Made by a program: the position numbers and the translations under genes. Below the pieces are notes generated by a model. That model was not told the origin of the DNA. It did no database searches and was given only the letters and a program-made list of their open reading frames with translations. Shown piece after piece: positions 20,227 through 32,000 of a stretch of DNA of 64,000 nt (position 1 is the stretch's first letter; each line of letters begins with the position of its first letter). Source of the DNA: Ignavibacteriales bacterium (lineage in GTDB: Bacteria; Bacteroidota; Ignavibacteria; UBA10030); assembly GCA_016193365.1 (NCBI GenBank), contig JACPSI010000042.1:25126-89125 (forward strand). The letters run 5' to 3'.

Positions 20227-20949
20227 TTAGTGGGAAGTCGATTGCTTCCAGCGCTCTAAAATCAGCACACCGAGGTCCAGGTCTTCCTGCGTCGTGATTT
20301 TGATGTTGTCGTAGCTCCCTTCCACAATCTTTACCTTCACACCACAACGCTCGACCAACGCGGCTTCATCCGTCGAATAAAATTTTTCTTTGCGCGCTTT
20401 ATCGAATGCTTTCTTCAACAGCGACGCTTTGAATGCTTGAGGCGTTTGCACGAGCCAGAGAGCTGTGCGGTCAAGTGTCTGGTCGAAAAAACCGCCGCCG
20501 TTCGAACGCCGGATCGTATCCTTCGGCTGAACTGCAAGAACCGCTGCGTCATGCGTCCTGCACGCTTTGATCACCTGACTGATTTTTTTCGGGCTGACAA
20601 ACGGCCTCACGCCGTCATGCACCACGACGACATCCGAGTCCTTCAGGACAAGACGGCTGAGGACGCGGGCTACGGAGTCCTGGCGCCTTTCACCTCCTGC
20701 CAGTACTTTGCTCACTTTGTGAAGCCGATATTCAGATACAAATGCTTCCATTTGCACGATAGAAGATTCCGGGACGGCAACGGCAACCTCGTCGATATCA
20801 GGACAGAATTCGAATTGCCTCAAGGTGTGAATGATAACCGGTTTTCCCTGGAGTGGAAGGAACTGCTTTTTCACTTTCGCACCGAGGCGCGAACCAGAAC
20901 CGGCGGCGGGTATGATAGCAAAGACCTTTGTACGGGAACGGGGCATCAC
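20227..20949 (-). CDS. ispD: 2-C-methyl-D-erythritol 4-phosphate cytidylyltransferase
   Basis: 240 aa. AIIPAAGSGSRLG...KQF motif and the VHDGVRPF motif. Confidence 0.9.
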   Translation of the reverse strand: MMPRSRTKVFAIIPAAGSGSRLGAKVKKQFLPLQGKPVIIHTLRQFEFCPDIDEVAVAVPESSIVQMEAFVSEYRLHKVSKVLAGGERRQDSVARVLSRLVLKDSDVVVVHDGVRPFVSPKKISQVIKACRTHDAAVLAVQPKDTIRRSNGGGFFDQTLDRTALWLVQTPQAFKASLLKKAFDKARKEKFYSTDEAALVERCGVKVKIVEGSYDNIKITTQEDLDLGVLILERWKQSTSH

Positions 20950-20953
20950 CAGC

Positions 20954-21991
20954 CTAGACTATCAACATCGAATCGCCATAACTGTAAAAGCGATAGCCCT
21001 CTTTGATCCCGCGCTTGTATGCCCTCATCAGGAAATCATGCCCCGCAAAAGCGCTGACGAGCATCAACAGGGTGGATTCGGGAAGATGGAAATTCGTCAC
21101 GAGCCTGTCAGTCACCTTGAAATCGTACGGAGGGAAGATGAACTTGTCCGTCCAGCCTTTTGCGGGTTTCACGTGGCCGTCTGCAGTAACGCTGGATTCC
21201 ACTGCGCGACAACTGCTCGTCCCGATGACAATCACGTTATGCCGGTTGTCGATCGTTCTGTTGATGATATGGGCTGATTCCTCGGGGATTTCGAAATACT
21301 CCGAATCCATCTTATGCTTGGTCAGATCTTCCACTTCCACGGCACGGAAGGAACCGAGCCCGACGTGCAGAATGACCGGAGCGAGTTTTACTCCTTTCGA
21401 CTGCATTTTCCTCAAGAGTTGCTTTGTAAAATGGAGGCCTGCAGTCGGCGCCGCCACCGCACCGAGGACGCGAGCATAGACCGTCTGGTATTGCTCCTTA
21501 TCCCTTTTCGTGGGCTCGCGCTTGATGTAGTACGGCAGGGGCGTGAGGCCTATACGCTCGATGATTTTGAAAAAATCGCCTTTGTGGTTGAAGCGAACGG
21601 TACGCCCGCGGGAAGTGGTGTTGTCGATAACCTCGCACCACAGCTTTCCGTCGTCGAAAAAAATCTTGTTGCCGATGCGGACTTTCCGTGCGGGGTCCAC
21701 AATGACATCCCAGATGTTCTCCTCGGCATTCAGCTCTCGCAGAAGAAAGACTTCAATCCTCGCGTTTGTTTTTTCCTTTTTCCCGAACAGCCGCGCCTGG
21801 AAGACTTTCGTTTCGTTAATGACAAGGCAGTCTCCCTTGCCCACATAGTCGATCAATTCACGGAATTCCCTGTCGACCATGGATTCGTCCGCGCGGTTCA
21901 ACACCATCATCTGCGCCTGGTCCCGTGGGTGCACAGGTTTCTTTGCAATGAGGTTCCGGGGGAGCGGATAGCGAAAATCGGAAAGTTTCAT
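20954..21991 (-). CDS. queA: S-adenosylmethionine:tRNA ribosyltransferase-isomerase
   Basis: 345 aa. MKLSDFRYPLPRNLIAKKPVHPRDQAQMMVL..., VAAPTAGLHFT, and TVGLGSFR-like motifs. Confidence 0.95.
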   Translation of the reverse strand: MKLSDFRYPLPRNLIAKKPVHPRDQAQMMVLNRADESMVDREFRELIDYVGKGDCLVINETKVFQARLFGKKEKTNARIEVFLLRELNAEENIWDVIVDPARKVRIGNKIFFDDGKLWCEVIDNTTSRGRTVRFNHKGDFFKIIERIGLTPLPYYIKREPTKRDKEQYQTVYARVLGAVAAPTAGLHFTKQLLRKMQSKGVKLAPVILHVGLGSFRAVEVEDLTKHKMDSEYFEIPEESAHIINRTIDNRHNVIVIGTSSCRAVESSVTADGHVKPAKGWTDKFIFPPYDFKVTDRLVTNFHLPESTLLMLVSAFAGHDFLMRAYKRGIKEGYRFYSYGDSMLIV

Positions 21992-22028
21992 ATGATCAGT
22001 GCCTCACTGTGTTTGACTGACATGGAAT

Positions 22029-24800
22029 TTACTTTTTTCGCCCCGACCGTCTTCGGCCGCCGCCTTTTTGTGTTTTTTTTGAGCCGTTGGAAGAGAGCGC
22101 CGCGCGGGCTGCCGCGAGCCGCGCAATCGGCACACGGAAAGGAGAGCAGCTGACGTAATTCAACCCTATCTGATGACAGAACTCAACACTGTTCGGGTCG
22201 CCGCCATGCTCGCCGCAAATCCCGATTTTCAATGCCGGACGTGTTGCTCTTCCCCTCTCCACCGCAATACTCATCAATGTGCCAACGCCGGTTCTGTCGA
22301 TCACTTCAAACGGGTCTTTGGCATAAATTTCCTTATCGACGTACGGAATCAAAAACCTGGCGGCATCGTCCCTGCTGACGCCGAGCGTTGTCTGCGTCAG
22401 GTCGTTCGTACCAAAACGGAAGAACTCAGCAACACGCGCAATTTCGTCTGCGGTGACGGCGCCGCGTGGAACCTCTATCATGGTTCCGACCAGATACGGG
22501 AATTTCACACCCTGCTCCTTCATGACATCCGCAGCAACTTGTCTCACGATCTTGTCCTGATGTTCCAGCTCCTTCACGTTGCCGACAAGCGGGATCATCA
22601 CTTCCGGCTCGACTGGTATCCCTTTTTTTTTCACTTCTGCGGCAGCCTCAAAGATGGCTCGGGATTGCATCTCCGAGATTTCTGGATAAATAACGCCCAG
22701 CCGGCAGCCGCGAAAACCAAGCATGGGGTTGAATTCATGGAGAGATTCAACTCTTTGTTTTACCTTTTCATAGGTAATGCCCATCTGTTGTGCGAGTTCA
22801 CGTTGAGCATTCTCTTCGTGCGGCAAGAATTCGTGAAGCGGCGGGTCGATTGTTCGGATCGTTACCGGCCTTCCGTTCATGACTTCGAAAATCCCGACGA
22901 AATCCTGTCTTTGAAGGGGAAGGAGTTTCGCCAGAGCCTTTCGCCGCTCTTCTGTGGTGTCGGCAAGAATCATTTCACGCATCGGCCCGATTTTTCCTTC
23001 ACCGAAGAACATATGCTCTGTCCGACAGAGGCCGATTCCCTCAGCGCCAAATTCCACAGCGTTTGCGGACTGGTCGGGCTGGTCGGCATTCGTCCGGATC
23101 TTCAGCGTCCGGTGCTTGTCCGCCCACTGCATGATTCTTGCAAACTGTCTGTACACGGGAGCATCTTTGGGGTCCAGCGTTTTATCGATAAGAACCTGAA
23201 GAACTTCCGATGGTTTGGTCTTGAGCTTGCCAAGAATGACCTGCCCGCTCGTGCCGTCTATGGAAAGCCAATCGCCCTCTTTGACGACCTGGGCATTTAC
23301 CTTCATCACACGGCTCGAATAATCGATGTCAAGATCTCCGCAGCCTGCTACACAAACTTTGCCCATTTGTCGGGCAACAAGAGCCGCATGCGAGGTCATG
23401 CCTCCGCGCGCCGTGAGAATTCCGTCCGCGGCATCCATTCCTTTGATGTCTTCCGGCGACGTTTCAATACGCGTCAGTATGACATGTTCACCCCTCTTTG
23501 CCCACTCTTCGGCATCATGAGCGTTGAAAACGGCTTTTCCTGTGGCGGCTCCCGGGCCGGCATTCAAACCTTTTGCAAGTAGCTTCCCGCCCTTTACCGC
23601 TGCATCTTTTTCCAGGACGTCAAAGATCGGACGCAGCAACTGGTTGAGCTGGTCTGGCTCAATGCGCATGAGTGCTTCTTTTTCGGATATCAGTTTTTCG
23701 CCGACCATGTCCACCGCGATCTTGATCGCCGCGAATGCCGTCCTCTTGCCAACGCGGCATTGCAGCATGAACAGCCTGCCCTGCTGAATAGTAAACTCGA
23801 TGTCCATCATGTCCCGATAATGTTTTTCGAGAACTTTTCTGATGCCATCGAGCTGTTTGTAAATTTTCGAGTCGGAAGCGGCCAGTTGAGCAATGGGTAG
23901 CGGCGTGCGGATGCCCGCAACGACGTCTTCGCCTTGCGCGTTCATCAAAAACTCCCCGTAAAACACGTTTTCTCCTGTCGCGGCATCCCGTGTGAACGCA
24001 ACACCGGTTCCCGAGTCTTCGCCCATATTGCCGAACACCATCGTCTGAACGTTGACAGCCGTCCCCCAGGACTCAGGGATATCATAGAGCTTTCGATATG
24101 CGATAGCGCGATCGTTCATCCATGAGCCAAACACTGCCCCGATGGCGCCCCAAAGCTGCCTCAGAGGATCTTCTGGAAAATCATGCCCGGTTTTTTGCTT
24201 TATCGCCGCCTTGAACTTCGCCACGAGGTCTTTGAGGTCATCCGCCGTCAGTTCAGTATCGAGCTTGACACCTTTTTCCTTTTTCTTGTGCTCGATAATT
24301 TCTTCAAACGGGTCGATGGCGTCCTTTCCTTCCGGTTTCAGTCCAAGAACCACGTCGCCGTACATTTGGACAAAGCGGCGGTACGAATCGTACGCAAACC
24401 GCTCGTTCTTTGTCTTTTTGATGATGCCGACAATCGTCTTATCGTTGAGGCCAAGGTTCAGGATCGTGTCCATCATCCCGGGCATGGAGGCTCGTGCACC
24501 GGACCTGACCGACACAAGAAGCGGGTTTGCCTCGTCTCCAAATTTCGCATCCATTGCCTTCTCTACTTTTGCCAACCCCGCAATGCCTTCTTTCTCCAGG
24601 GTTTTTGGGTACTGCCTGCCATGGGCATAGTAATACGTACACACTTCTGTTGTGATCGTGAAGCCAGGCGGAACCGGGAGGCCGATATTCGTCATTTCAT
24701 GAAGGTTGGCTCCTTTGCCGCCGAGGAGGTTTTTCATCTCAGCCTTGCCTTCAGCTCTTCCGCTGCCGAAGAAATAAACATACTTCGCTTTCGTTGCCAT
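22029..24800 (-). CDS. ppdK: Pyruvate, phosphate dikinase
   Basis: 923 aa. N-terminal YVYFFGSG...[10 protein letters not shown], the phosphohistidine domain ([15 protein letters not shown]) and the PEP-utilising TIM barrel. Confidence 0.97.
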   Translation of the reverse strand: MATKAKYVYFFGSGRAEGKAEMKNLLGGKGANLHEMTNIGLPVPPGFTITTEVCTYYYAHGRQYPKTLEKEGIAGLAKVEKAMDAKFGDEANPLLVSVRSGARASMPGMMDTILNLGLNDKTIVGIIKKTKNERFAYDSYRRFVQMYGDVVLGLKPEGKDAIDPFEEIIEHKKKEKGVKLDTELTADDLKDLVAKFKAAIKQKTGHDFPEDPLRQLWGAIGAVFGSWMNDRAIAYRKLYDIPESWGTAVNVQTMVFGNMGEDSGTGVAFTRDAATGENVFYGEFLMNAQGEDVVAGIRTPLPIAQLAASDSKIYKQLDGIRKVLEKHYRDMMDIEFTIQQGRLFMLQCRVGKRTAFAAIKIAVDMVGEKLISEKEALMRIEPDQLNQLLRPIFDVLEKDAAVKGGKLLAKGLNAGPGAATGKAVFNAHDAEEWAKRGEHVILTRIETSPEDIKGMDAADGILTARGGMTSHAALVARQMGKVCVAGCGDLDIDYSSRVMKVNAQVVKEGDWLSIDGTSGQVILGKLKTKPSEVLQVLIDKTLDPKDAPVYRQFARIMQWADKHRTLKIRTNADQPDQSANAVEFGAEGIGLCRTEHMFFGEGKIGPMREMILADTTEERRKALAKLLPLQRQDFVGIFEVMNGRPVTIRTIDPPLHEFLPHEENAQRELAQQMGITYEKVKQRVESLHEFNPMLGFRGCRLGVIYPEISEMQSRAIFEAAAEVKKKGIPVEPEVMIPLVGNVKELEHQDKIVRQVAADVMKEQGVKFPYLVGTMIEVPRGAVTADEIARVAEFFRFGTNDLTQTTLGVSRDDAARFLIPYVDKEIYAKDPFEVIDRTGVGTLMSIAVERGRATRPALKIGICGEHGGDPNSVEFCHQIGLNYVSCSPFRVPIARLAAARAALSSNGSKKTQKGGGRRRSGRKK

Positions 24801-24821
24801 GACTCAGTTACTTCCTTTCTC

Positions 24822-25529
24822 TCAGAGAGTTGTTGCTTTCATTCGCTTGGAATGTTGAACTTCCCGCAAGAACATGCTTGCGAGGTTTTTTGATACACTG
24901 TCGTCGATCATGCGCTCGGGATGCCATTGCACGAGCGTCAGGAACGGCATGCCCTCCTTCAGAGTCCACTCTGCAGCTTCGGTGACACCGTCCGGTGAGA
25001 GTGCTGTCGCCATGAGTCCACGACCGAGCTTTTTTACCGATTGATGGTGGGAAGAATTCACCATAATCTCCGCGGAACTGGTAATCTCCCTCAGCAAAGA
25101 ATGTGGATGAATGGTGAGGGAATGCACGTTTTCTGCATCCTTGACGCTTCTGTGTTTTTCAAACCCCTCGCTTTCAAGATCCAGAATAAGTTCACCGCCG
25201 AGGTACACGTTCATGAGCTGCATCCCGCGACAAATACCGAAAACTGGAATATCGTTATCAAGCGCTTTGTCAATAATCTCGAGTTCAAAAGCATCCCGCG
25301 CCTCATCGACGCCTTCAGTTTTGGAAAGATGTTTCTCCATTCCATAGAAACGTGGATGAACATCGCCTCCGCCGGTCAGGAGCAAACCATCCAGCTCAGA
25401 AACGTCAACGACATTCTTCTCTCGCTGCGAAAGTTTGGCGATTTCAACTTCCGGCTCGATGTTCGTTATCCAGCGAACGTAGAGGTTGTATTTGTCTTCC
25501 TTCAGGCAGTCAGTTATGCCGATACGCAT
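24822..25529 (-). CDS. Class-I glutamine amidotransferase-like gamma-glutamyl hydrolase (peptidase C26 family)
   Basis: 235 aa. GICRGMQLMNV nucleophile elbow and the HH..V motif. Confidence 0.78.
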   Translation of the reverse strand: MRIGITDCLKEDKYNLYVRWITNIEPEVEIAKLSQREKNVVDVSELDGLLLTGGGDVHPRFYGMEKHLSKTEGVDEARDAFELEIIDKALDNDIPVFGICRGMQLMNVYLGGELILDLESEGFEKHRSVKDAENVHSLTIHPHSLLREITSSAEIMVNSSHHQSVKKLGRGLMATALSPDGVTEAAEWTLKEGMPFLTLVQWHPERMIDDSVSKNLASMFLREVQHSKRMKATTL

Positions 25530-26562
25530 GCACGACGCTCTTCAGTTTTTCCTCAAGCACCTCGTTGCCCGAAATTATTTCAGGCTCGATTTCGACGTAG
25601 TAAACAGGGTATTCTTCCAGGAACTTCTGCCCAAAAGTGTTATCGCCGCTGAGGCGCGAGATATCTTTTTCCGTCGTTAGTATTGCGTCAGATTGGTGGC
25701 TGCGGAACAAGTTTTGAATACGGTCAATGTCTGAAGCTGAGTACCAATGATGGTCACGAAACACTACATGATCGACAACCCGTATTCCAATTGATTTCAA
25801 CGTTTCGCTGAATGCTGACGGCTCACCGATTCCCGAAAACGCAATCGGCTTTCTCCGCTCAACCTTGACTTCTTTTTTCGTCACTCCCGACCTTATTGCT
25901 TTGACCCTAGTCCGGAAGGCAAACATCGGTTTGTCGATTATCCTGAGGAGGATTGTGCGCGCTTTCTCATAGCCTTCTTTATTTTCACATCGTGAAATAC
26001 CGATCACGTCGGCTCTTTGTAAAGCAGACAACGTTTCGCGCCGGTTGCCTGCAGGCAGAGGAAAATCTCTCTTTACAAGATCTTCAAGACCCAGGACAAC
26101 AATGTTCAGGTCACGGTGCAAGTATCGATGCTGAAACCCGTCGTCCAGAAGTAACACTGATGCCTGAAAATCACGAACTGCGTGATCTGCTGCCCTCGTT
26201 CGTTTCTCATCGACAAGTACCACTGTCCCGTCCAGTTTCTCCGCAAGCTGACTTGCCTCGTCACCAGCCTTCCATGCCTCAGCGCAACGCTGCCGTCCGT
26301 TGCTGGCGACGAGATAGCCTTTGCTCTTTCGGCCGTACCCTCGGCTGATGACTGCCACTTTGTTGTTTGTACCGAGTTTCCGCGCCAAGAATTCAACGAG
26401 CGGCGTTTTTCCTACACCGCCGGCTGAAATGTTGCCGACAGAGATCACAGGAACCAAAGCCTTCCGAATGGGCAACAATCCGATGTCAAAGAACCAGTTT
26501 CTTAAGATGACTCCCGAATTATAGAGCAATGAGAACGGGAGCAACAAAAGACGCAGCGACAC
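25510..26562 (-). CDS. lpxK: Tetraacyldisaccharide 4'-kinase
   Basis: 350 aa. P-loop VISVGNISAGGVGKTP. Confidence 0.9.
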   Translation of the reverse strand: MSLRLLLLPFSLLYNSGVILRNWFFDIGLLPIRKALVPVISVGNISAGGVGKTPLVEFLARKLGTNNKVAVISRGYGRKSKGYLVASNGRQRCAEAWKAGDEASQLAEKLDGTVVLVDEKRTRAADHAVRDFQASVLLLDDGFQHRYLHRDLNIVVLGLEDLVKRDFPLPAGNRRETLSALQRADVIGISRCENKEGYEKARTILLRIIDKPMFAFRTRVKAIRSGVTKKEVKVERRKPIAFSGIGEPSAFSETLKSIGIRVVDHVVFRDHHWYSASDIDRIQNLFRSHQSDAILTTEKDISRLSGDNTFGQKFLEEYPVYYVEIEPEIISGNEVLEEKLKSVVHAYRHN

Positions 26563-26566
26563 GGCC

Positions 26567-27688
26567 TCAGGCCATCTGGAGAATACGGTTCGCTACTTTC
26601 CTCGAAGCCCCAACTTCACCAAGCATGTTCTTTACTTTCGAAAGCTCTTCTTTCATTTGAGAAAGCCGTGCTTCATCGCCGAGCAATGTGACAGCTGCCT
26701 GGACAAGTCGCTTTACTGATGCGCCGTACTGCACAAATTCCGGGACAATTTCCCTTCCGGCAACGATGTTGACCATGCCAATATTCCTCACCCGCACGAG
26801 CAGCCTGCCGATCAGATACGTCAGCCAGGAAGTCTTGTAGACAACGAACATCGGCGTCGCGAAGCATGCCGTTTCAATCGTCGCCGTCCCCGAAGTCACA
26901 ATCGCAAAATCGGCGTGGTCCATAAGGTCGTACGTCGCTCCAGAAATGAGATGAACCCCGTTCAGGGAAAAAAATGTTTTGAAGTATTTCTCTTCCAGCG
27001 TGGGTGCAACACCGACGGCAACTTCCATGTCCGATTCGTAGGCAATGTGCTTTGCCGCCGCAAGCATGACAGGAAAAATGTTCTCGATTTCCTGACGCCT
27101 GCTTCCGGGAAGCAAACCGAGGATTTTCTTTGTCCCGTCGATACCGTAACGCTTACAGAAGTTCTTTCGGGTCATGTGCGAATCGAGCACTTCCAGGAGC
27201 GGGTGACCGACGAATTCCACATCCACATGTTCTTTTTTGTAGAAATCAACTTCGAACGGGAAGATGACGAGCATCTTGTCCACCAGCTCACGGATATGCC
27301 TCACTCTCGACTTGTGCCATGCCCACACCTGAGGACTGATGTAATAGATGATCTTGATGCCATACTGTTTCGCGATCCTGGCAAATCGAAGGTTAAACCC
27401 GGGGTAGTCGATGAGCACAAGAACATCGGGTTTTTTGAATTTCAGGATTTGTTCCAGCGTCTTTTCCATGAGTTTGATAAACGGAAGATGCTTGAGCACC
27501 TCAACGAATCCCATAAACCCAAGTTCATTGATATGAAAAATCAGATGCATTCCCTCCCGGCGCATGTTCTCGCCACCCACGCCATACACATCCAGGTTTT
27601 TGTGAATTCTTTTCAGCTCCCGCACAACGCCCGAGCCGTGCAGATCTCCCGATGCTTCTCCTGCAATCATCATCACGCGCTTGACCAT
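26567..27688 (-). CDS. lpxB: Lipid-A-disaccharide synthase
   Basis: GT19 fold. MVKRVMMIAGEASGDLHGSGVVRELK is the typical LpxB start. The longest ORF (start 27964) adds a non-conserved 92-aa extension that overlaps the upstream gene, so I chose ATG at 27688. Confidence 0.88.
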   Translation of the reverse strand: MVKRVMMIAGEASGDLHGSGVVRELKRIHKNLDVYGVGGENMRREGMHLIFHINELGFMGFVEVLKHLPFIKLMEKTLEQILKFKKPDVLVLIDYPGFNLRFARIAKQYGIKIIYYISPQVWAWHKSRVRHIRELVDKMLVIFPFEVDFYKKEHVDVEFVGHPLLEVLDSHMTRKNFCKRYGIDGTKKILGLLPGSRRQEIENIFPVMLAAAKHIAYESDMEVAVGVAPTLEEKYFKTFFSLNGVHLISGATYDLMDHADFAIVTSGTATIETACFATPMFVVYKTSWLTYLIGRLLVRVRNIGMVNIVAGREIVPEFVQYGASVKRLVQAAVTLLGDEARLSQMKEELSKVKNMLGEVGASRKVANRILQMA

Positions 27689-28275
27689 GCTTGCCCTCTC
27701 TGCCAAAGCACGAGCAGGATCGCAATGACCAACCCCAGGGCCTGCAACGTCCGCCGTTCGGACCGAAGCGCCTCGCGCCAGTTGGGTTTCTGATGTTCCT
27801 GCGCCTGGCTGACATACGGAAGAAAACGGGGAAGAAAACGGGGAACGTTTTTCTTGAACTCGAGAAATGCCGCCCCAAACTCCCTTTCGAGAAACTCCTC
27901 CTCGAGAGACACGATCATCCAGTATTGGAAAGCAAAATACACGACGGCAATCATTGGCAACCATGGCACAAGAGCATCGGACATGATGCCGATGCCGAGA
28001 TACATCAACATGTTGCCGATATACAACGGGTTTCGTACAAAAGCGTACGGACCGGCCACCACAACCTCCGGTGCACCGACAGTCGTTACACGCGTCAAGC
28101 CCCCCGCGTACGCAACTCCCCAGAACCGAAGCAACTCCCCGGCGAGCATGACACCGCCGCCGACAAAGAGCGTTTGGATCGTCGGATGTGCGTACCAGAC
28201 CATGACACCAAGAAACGGGAACGGCGTGTAACTTCTATAATGAAATAGGCGTTCGCGCAGTTTCGACAAGCACAA
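27673..28275 (-). CDS. Isoprenylcysteine carboxyl methyltransferase (ICMT)/phospholipid methyltransferase family membrane protein
   Basis: 200 aa, multi-TM, with the conserved RNPLY...G motif region (FVRNPLYIGNMLMYLG) and EE.FL.E.FG C-terminal motif. Confidence 0.72.
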   Translation of the reverse strand: MCLSKLRERLFHYRSYTPFPFLGVMVWYAHPTIQTLFVGGGVMLAGELLRFWGVAYAGGLTRVTTVGAPEVVVAGPYAFVRNPLYIGNMLMYLGIGIMSDALVPWLPMIAVVYFAFQYWMIVSLEEEFLEREFGAAFLEFKKNVPRFLPRFLPYVSQAQEHQKPNWREALRSERRTLQALGLVIAILLVLWQRGQAWSSA

Positions 28276-28289
28276 CCCTCATGAGGTAG

Positions 28290-29006
28290 CTACCCTTGCA
28301 TGAAAACTTCTTTGCGGGCCAACTCCGCTTCACGACGTTTGCAAATTCGTTTCTGCTCGAGAATCTTCTCCAGCCGGAGTTGCACGTCGAGAAACGTCGA
28401 AAACTCGTGATACGTGATATTCTCCGCCTGACAGTATTTGATGAGGCCCCCCTTTGCAAAAACGACGTCGGCATAGCGGACAGGACAACGGTCCGAAATT
28501 CCATCGCCCGCATATACAATAATGTCGTCGTCGCCACTCATCGTAAGCAGATGGTTTCGTTTGCAGTTCCCGCATTGGCCGCATTCGGAATCCGTGTAAG
28601 GGAATTCTGGAGCGAGGCGCACATATTCTCCGTCCGCCTCAAGCTTCAGACGGTTGGCAAACCACGGTATGTGACTCAAACCGTGTTTTCGCAGGAGCCG
28701 CTCGACATAAAAATCGAGTCCGTCACTCAGGATTGTCATGGGGATTTCACGTTGTGAACAAAACAGCACAAAAGCGGTGAAATGCGGGTCGAGCGAACAG
28801 CCGTCGATGAACGTTTCCAATGATTCGAGAGTGACTTTTTCGACAGCAGCACATTCCTGCGTCAGACATTCAACCGCAGTCTTCGTTCCGTCAAGATACC
28901 CTTTGACGATCTCTTCGGCTTTCGATCCGGCAAAGTGGCGGAAGAGCTTGTTTCCCACATCCTCGGAGGCGACGGTGCCGTCAAAATCACAGAACATGCG
29001 AACCAT
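28290..29006 (-). CDS. HAD-superfamily phosphatase (MtnX/phosphoserine-phosphatase-like subfamily IB)
   Basis: 238 aa. Motif I FCDFDGTV, a cap domain, and motif IV GDGISD. Confidence 0.65.
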   Translation of the reverse strand: MVRMFCDFDGTVASEDVGNKLFRHFAGSKAEEIVKGYLDGTKTAVECLTQECAAVEKVTLESLETFIDGCSLDPHFTAFVLFCSQREIPMTILSDGLDFYVERLLRKHGLSHIPWFANRLKLEADGEYVRLAPEFPYTDSECGQCGNCKRNHLLTMSGDDDIIVYAGDGISDRCPVRYADVVFAKGGLIKYCQAENITYHEFSTFLDVQLRLEKILEQKRICKRREAELARKEVFMQG

Positions 29007-29008
29007 CG

Positions 29009-32000
29009 CTATCCCTTTGTCACCGATTCCGTCAGCCGGACGGAAACGAGTTTTGAAACGCCTTCTTCTTCCATTGTGACGCCATAGAGAGCATTGGCAG
29101 ATTCCATCGTTCTTTTGTTGTGGGTCACGACGACGAACTGCGTGTTGTCGGAAAACTTTTTCAGAATTTTCGTAAACCTGTCGATGTTGGAATCGTCCAG
29201 GGGAGCGTCAACCTCGTCAAGAATACAAAACGGACTCGGTTTAACGAGGTAAATCGCAAACAGGAGCGCGATGGCTGTAAGCGTTTTCTCGCCTCCGGAG
29301 AGGAGGTCGATGGATGTCGGGCGTTTTCCGCGGGGCTTGGCGGTTATCTCGATTCTCGCCTCCAGCGGGTCGACGTCTTTTTCCAGCGTCAGGTCGCAAT
29401 CGTCGCCCTCATCGAATAATTCCTTGAAAATCATGACGAAATTATCCCGGATCTTTTCAAACGTTGACAGGAACAGCTGTTGAGCTGTTGTGTTGATTTC
29501 TTCAATGGTTGCAAGCAAGGTCTTTTCGGACTCTTCCAAATCGTCCCTCTGTGCGACGACGAAATCCAGTCTTTCCTTCTCGCTCTTGTACTCTTCGAAC
29601 GCCGCAAAATTGATATTCCCCAGGTTCCGGATTTTTTCCTTTTTCTCGCGGATTTCTTCCCGGGCTTCGTTGAAATCGAACTGATCCTGGTCGGCGAATT
29701 CCTTCAACTCAAGCTCGATTTCAAACTCGTCTTTCGCCCGCGCTTTCAGGTTCTCCGACTTCATCGTGAGTTCCTGGATTTTGAACTCCAGGTCATGAGC
29801 CGCCTTCAGCGAACCTTGCTGCTTCAATCGTTCATCTTTGAGTTTCAGTTCAATCTCGTGGATATTGGCACGTTTGGCAACGAACTCGATGTCGACAGAT
29901 TTCTTTCGCTCAAGGAGGGCCTCGAACTCCTTCCTGCCTTCCGAAAGCGAACTCTCGAATTCTTTTATCCCGTCGGCAATAGTCCCAATTTCTATTTTTG
30001 CTGAGGCAATCTCCTGCGTGCGCTGGTCGAGGGTTGTTGCGATTGAGTGGAGCGTGGACTGAGTATGTTCGATCGACTGCAGAATACTCCGTTCTTCGGA
30101 TTTCAATGCGAGGACTTGCAGATGTGCCTCGTTTGCCGCTTTGGAATGCTCGTTCCACAGTGTTTCCATCGCTGCGAGCGCACTCGATGAAATACCTACC
30201 AGATGCTCTGTCTCAGTTTTCTGACGTTCACAGTGATCAATCGCCGGCGTCAACTTCTCCAATTCCCCGATGAGTGAGACAACTTCCTGCTGCTGTTTTT
30301 CGGCTTCTGTTTTATTGCGCTCAATGCTCTCGTGCGCCCGTTTCTTTTCGAACTCCAGCTGGGCAATGCGCACTTCAATCGATGTCTTGGCCTGTTCGAT
30401 CTCCCGTGCCTCTTCAGCCAGGGATTTGAGGTTTACGCGTCCCAGTTCCTCCATTTTTTCCTGAATCTCTCTGAGCACTTTCTCTTTTTGTATGGCAAGT
30501 TTCTTCAGGTCCTCCGCCAATTCGTCCAGCTGAGATTTCTTCCCGATGTGCCCACCCTCATCCTGGCGCAAACTACCCCCGCGCACAACTCCTTTGCCTG
30601 TGACAATTTCGCCTTCAATGGTTACGCAGCGAAGGTTCGGCTCTTGTTCAACGAGCTCGCTGGCAACGCGGACATCCTGTACCACAAGCGTTTCGTCAAA
30701 GAGAAAACCGAACAGTTTACCGTAACGTCCATCGAATCGCACAAGGTCCAACGCCCACCCGACAACTCCCGTCCCCGGTACCTGCGGCCGATGATTGTGA
30801 ATTGCCGGCAGTCTGTCAAGGCAAATGAACGTCGCTTTTCCTTTCTGATTCTTTTTGAGAAAGTCCATTGCGGCGTAAGCCTGGTCGACGCTCTCAACGA
30901 CTATGTATCCGGCGGCATCTCCAAGAGCAGTCTCGACAGCCACGCGGTGCTGAGGCTCGGTCGTCAACGCGTCACCGACGGGAGTCTGTATTCGGGATCC
31001 CCATTCGCTGCTGGTTATCAGATACCGTGCGCCTTCTGAATACCCGTCAAAGCTTTCAACGAGGCTCTTGAGAAAATCAATGCGGGATTGTTTGCGCTCG
31101 ATTTCACCCCGCAAATCCATGTCCTGATGACGCATGCGCTCAATGTCTTGCTGGATTTCGAGCTTGTAGTCTTCCCTTTGATGGACGCGCACTTCGGCCT
31201 CTGCAAATTTTCGGCGTAGTTCGCGGTCCTCTACTGTCAGTTTCGATATCAATTCCTCGTTGGCGGTAATATCCCGGCGATACTGCTCGTTTTCTTCGGA
31301 CGTGTAGCCTATGCGTCCACGAATGTTTTCGATACGGGCTTTTGCCTGTGATTCATGATGGCGCAGGTCGGAGATTTCATGAAGCAGAGAAATAACATGA
31401 TCCTGATGTGTTTTCAATTCCGCTTTTTTAGCGCTCAGCTGTTTGTCAAACTCGTCCAGCTCGCCCTTTTTGACATTGTAGATGTTCTCCGCTTCCGCAA
31501 CCTGGATTTTCACTTTCTCCAATTCATCCGCGAAGTTGCCCTGCTTCTGTCTGAGCTCTTTCTGCTGCTTCTGGAGGTCGATATTCTCATTCTCAAATCT
31601 TTCGACGTTGGCCGTCAGAGATCTCCGGCGTTCGATGGAGGTTGCAAGGTCTTGTTCGATTTCATGAATTCGCGACTGTTGGGAGGACAGATCCGTCTGC
31701 GCCGCTGTTAACCCGTCTTCGAGTTCCTCCATCTCAGCGCGCAGCACCTCCAGCAATGCCTCCTCCTGTCTCACTTCGATATCGACCCTGTTTTTTTCCG
31801 TTACTGCCTGCGAGAGCTGGTCTTTCAGCGGCGAGATTTTCGTCGCAATGCTTGCATATTCTCTGGAGAGAAGGTCGATTTCCTTTTCCGACAATGTTCT
31901 CACAAGCTCATTGTATTTCTGAGCCTTTTGAGCCTGTCGTTCGAGCGAGTTGACGGCTTTCTGGACCTCTCGTACAATGTCGTTGACGCGCGTCAGATCA

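Noticed and set aside
22173-23582. 469-aa plus-strand ORF
   Set aside because: It is antisense to ppdK. High-GC-third-position genes commonly leave open mirror frames.
26567-27964. Longest-ORF start for lpxB at 27964
   Set aside because: The 92-aa N-terminal extension is non-conserved (Gly/Ser/Arg-rich) and overlaps the ICMT-family gene. MVKRVMMIAGEASGD at 27688 is the canonical LpxB start.
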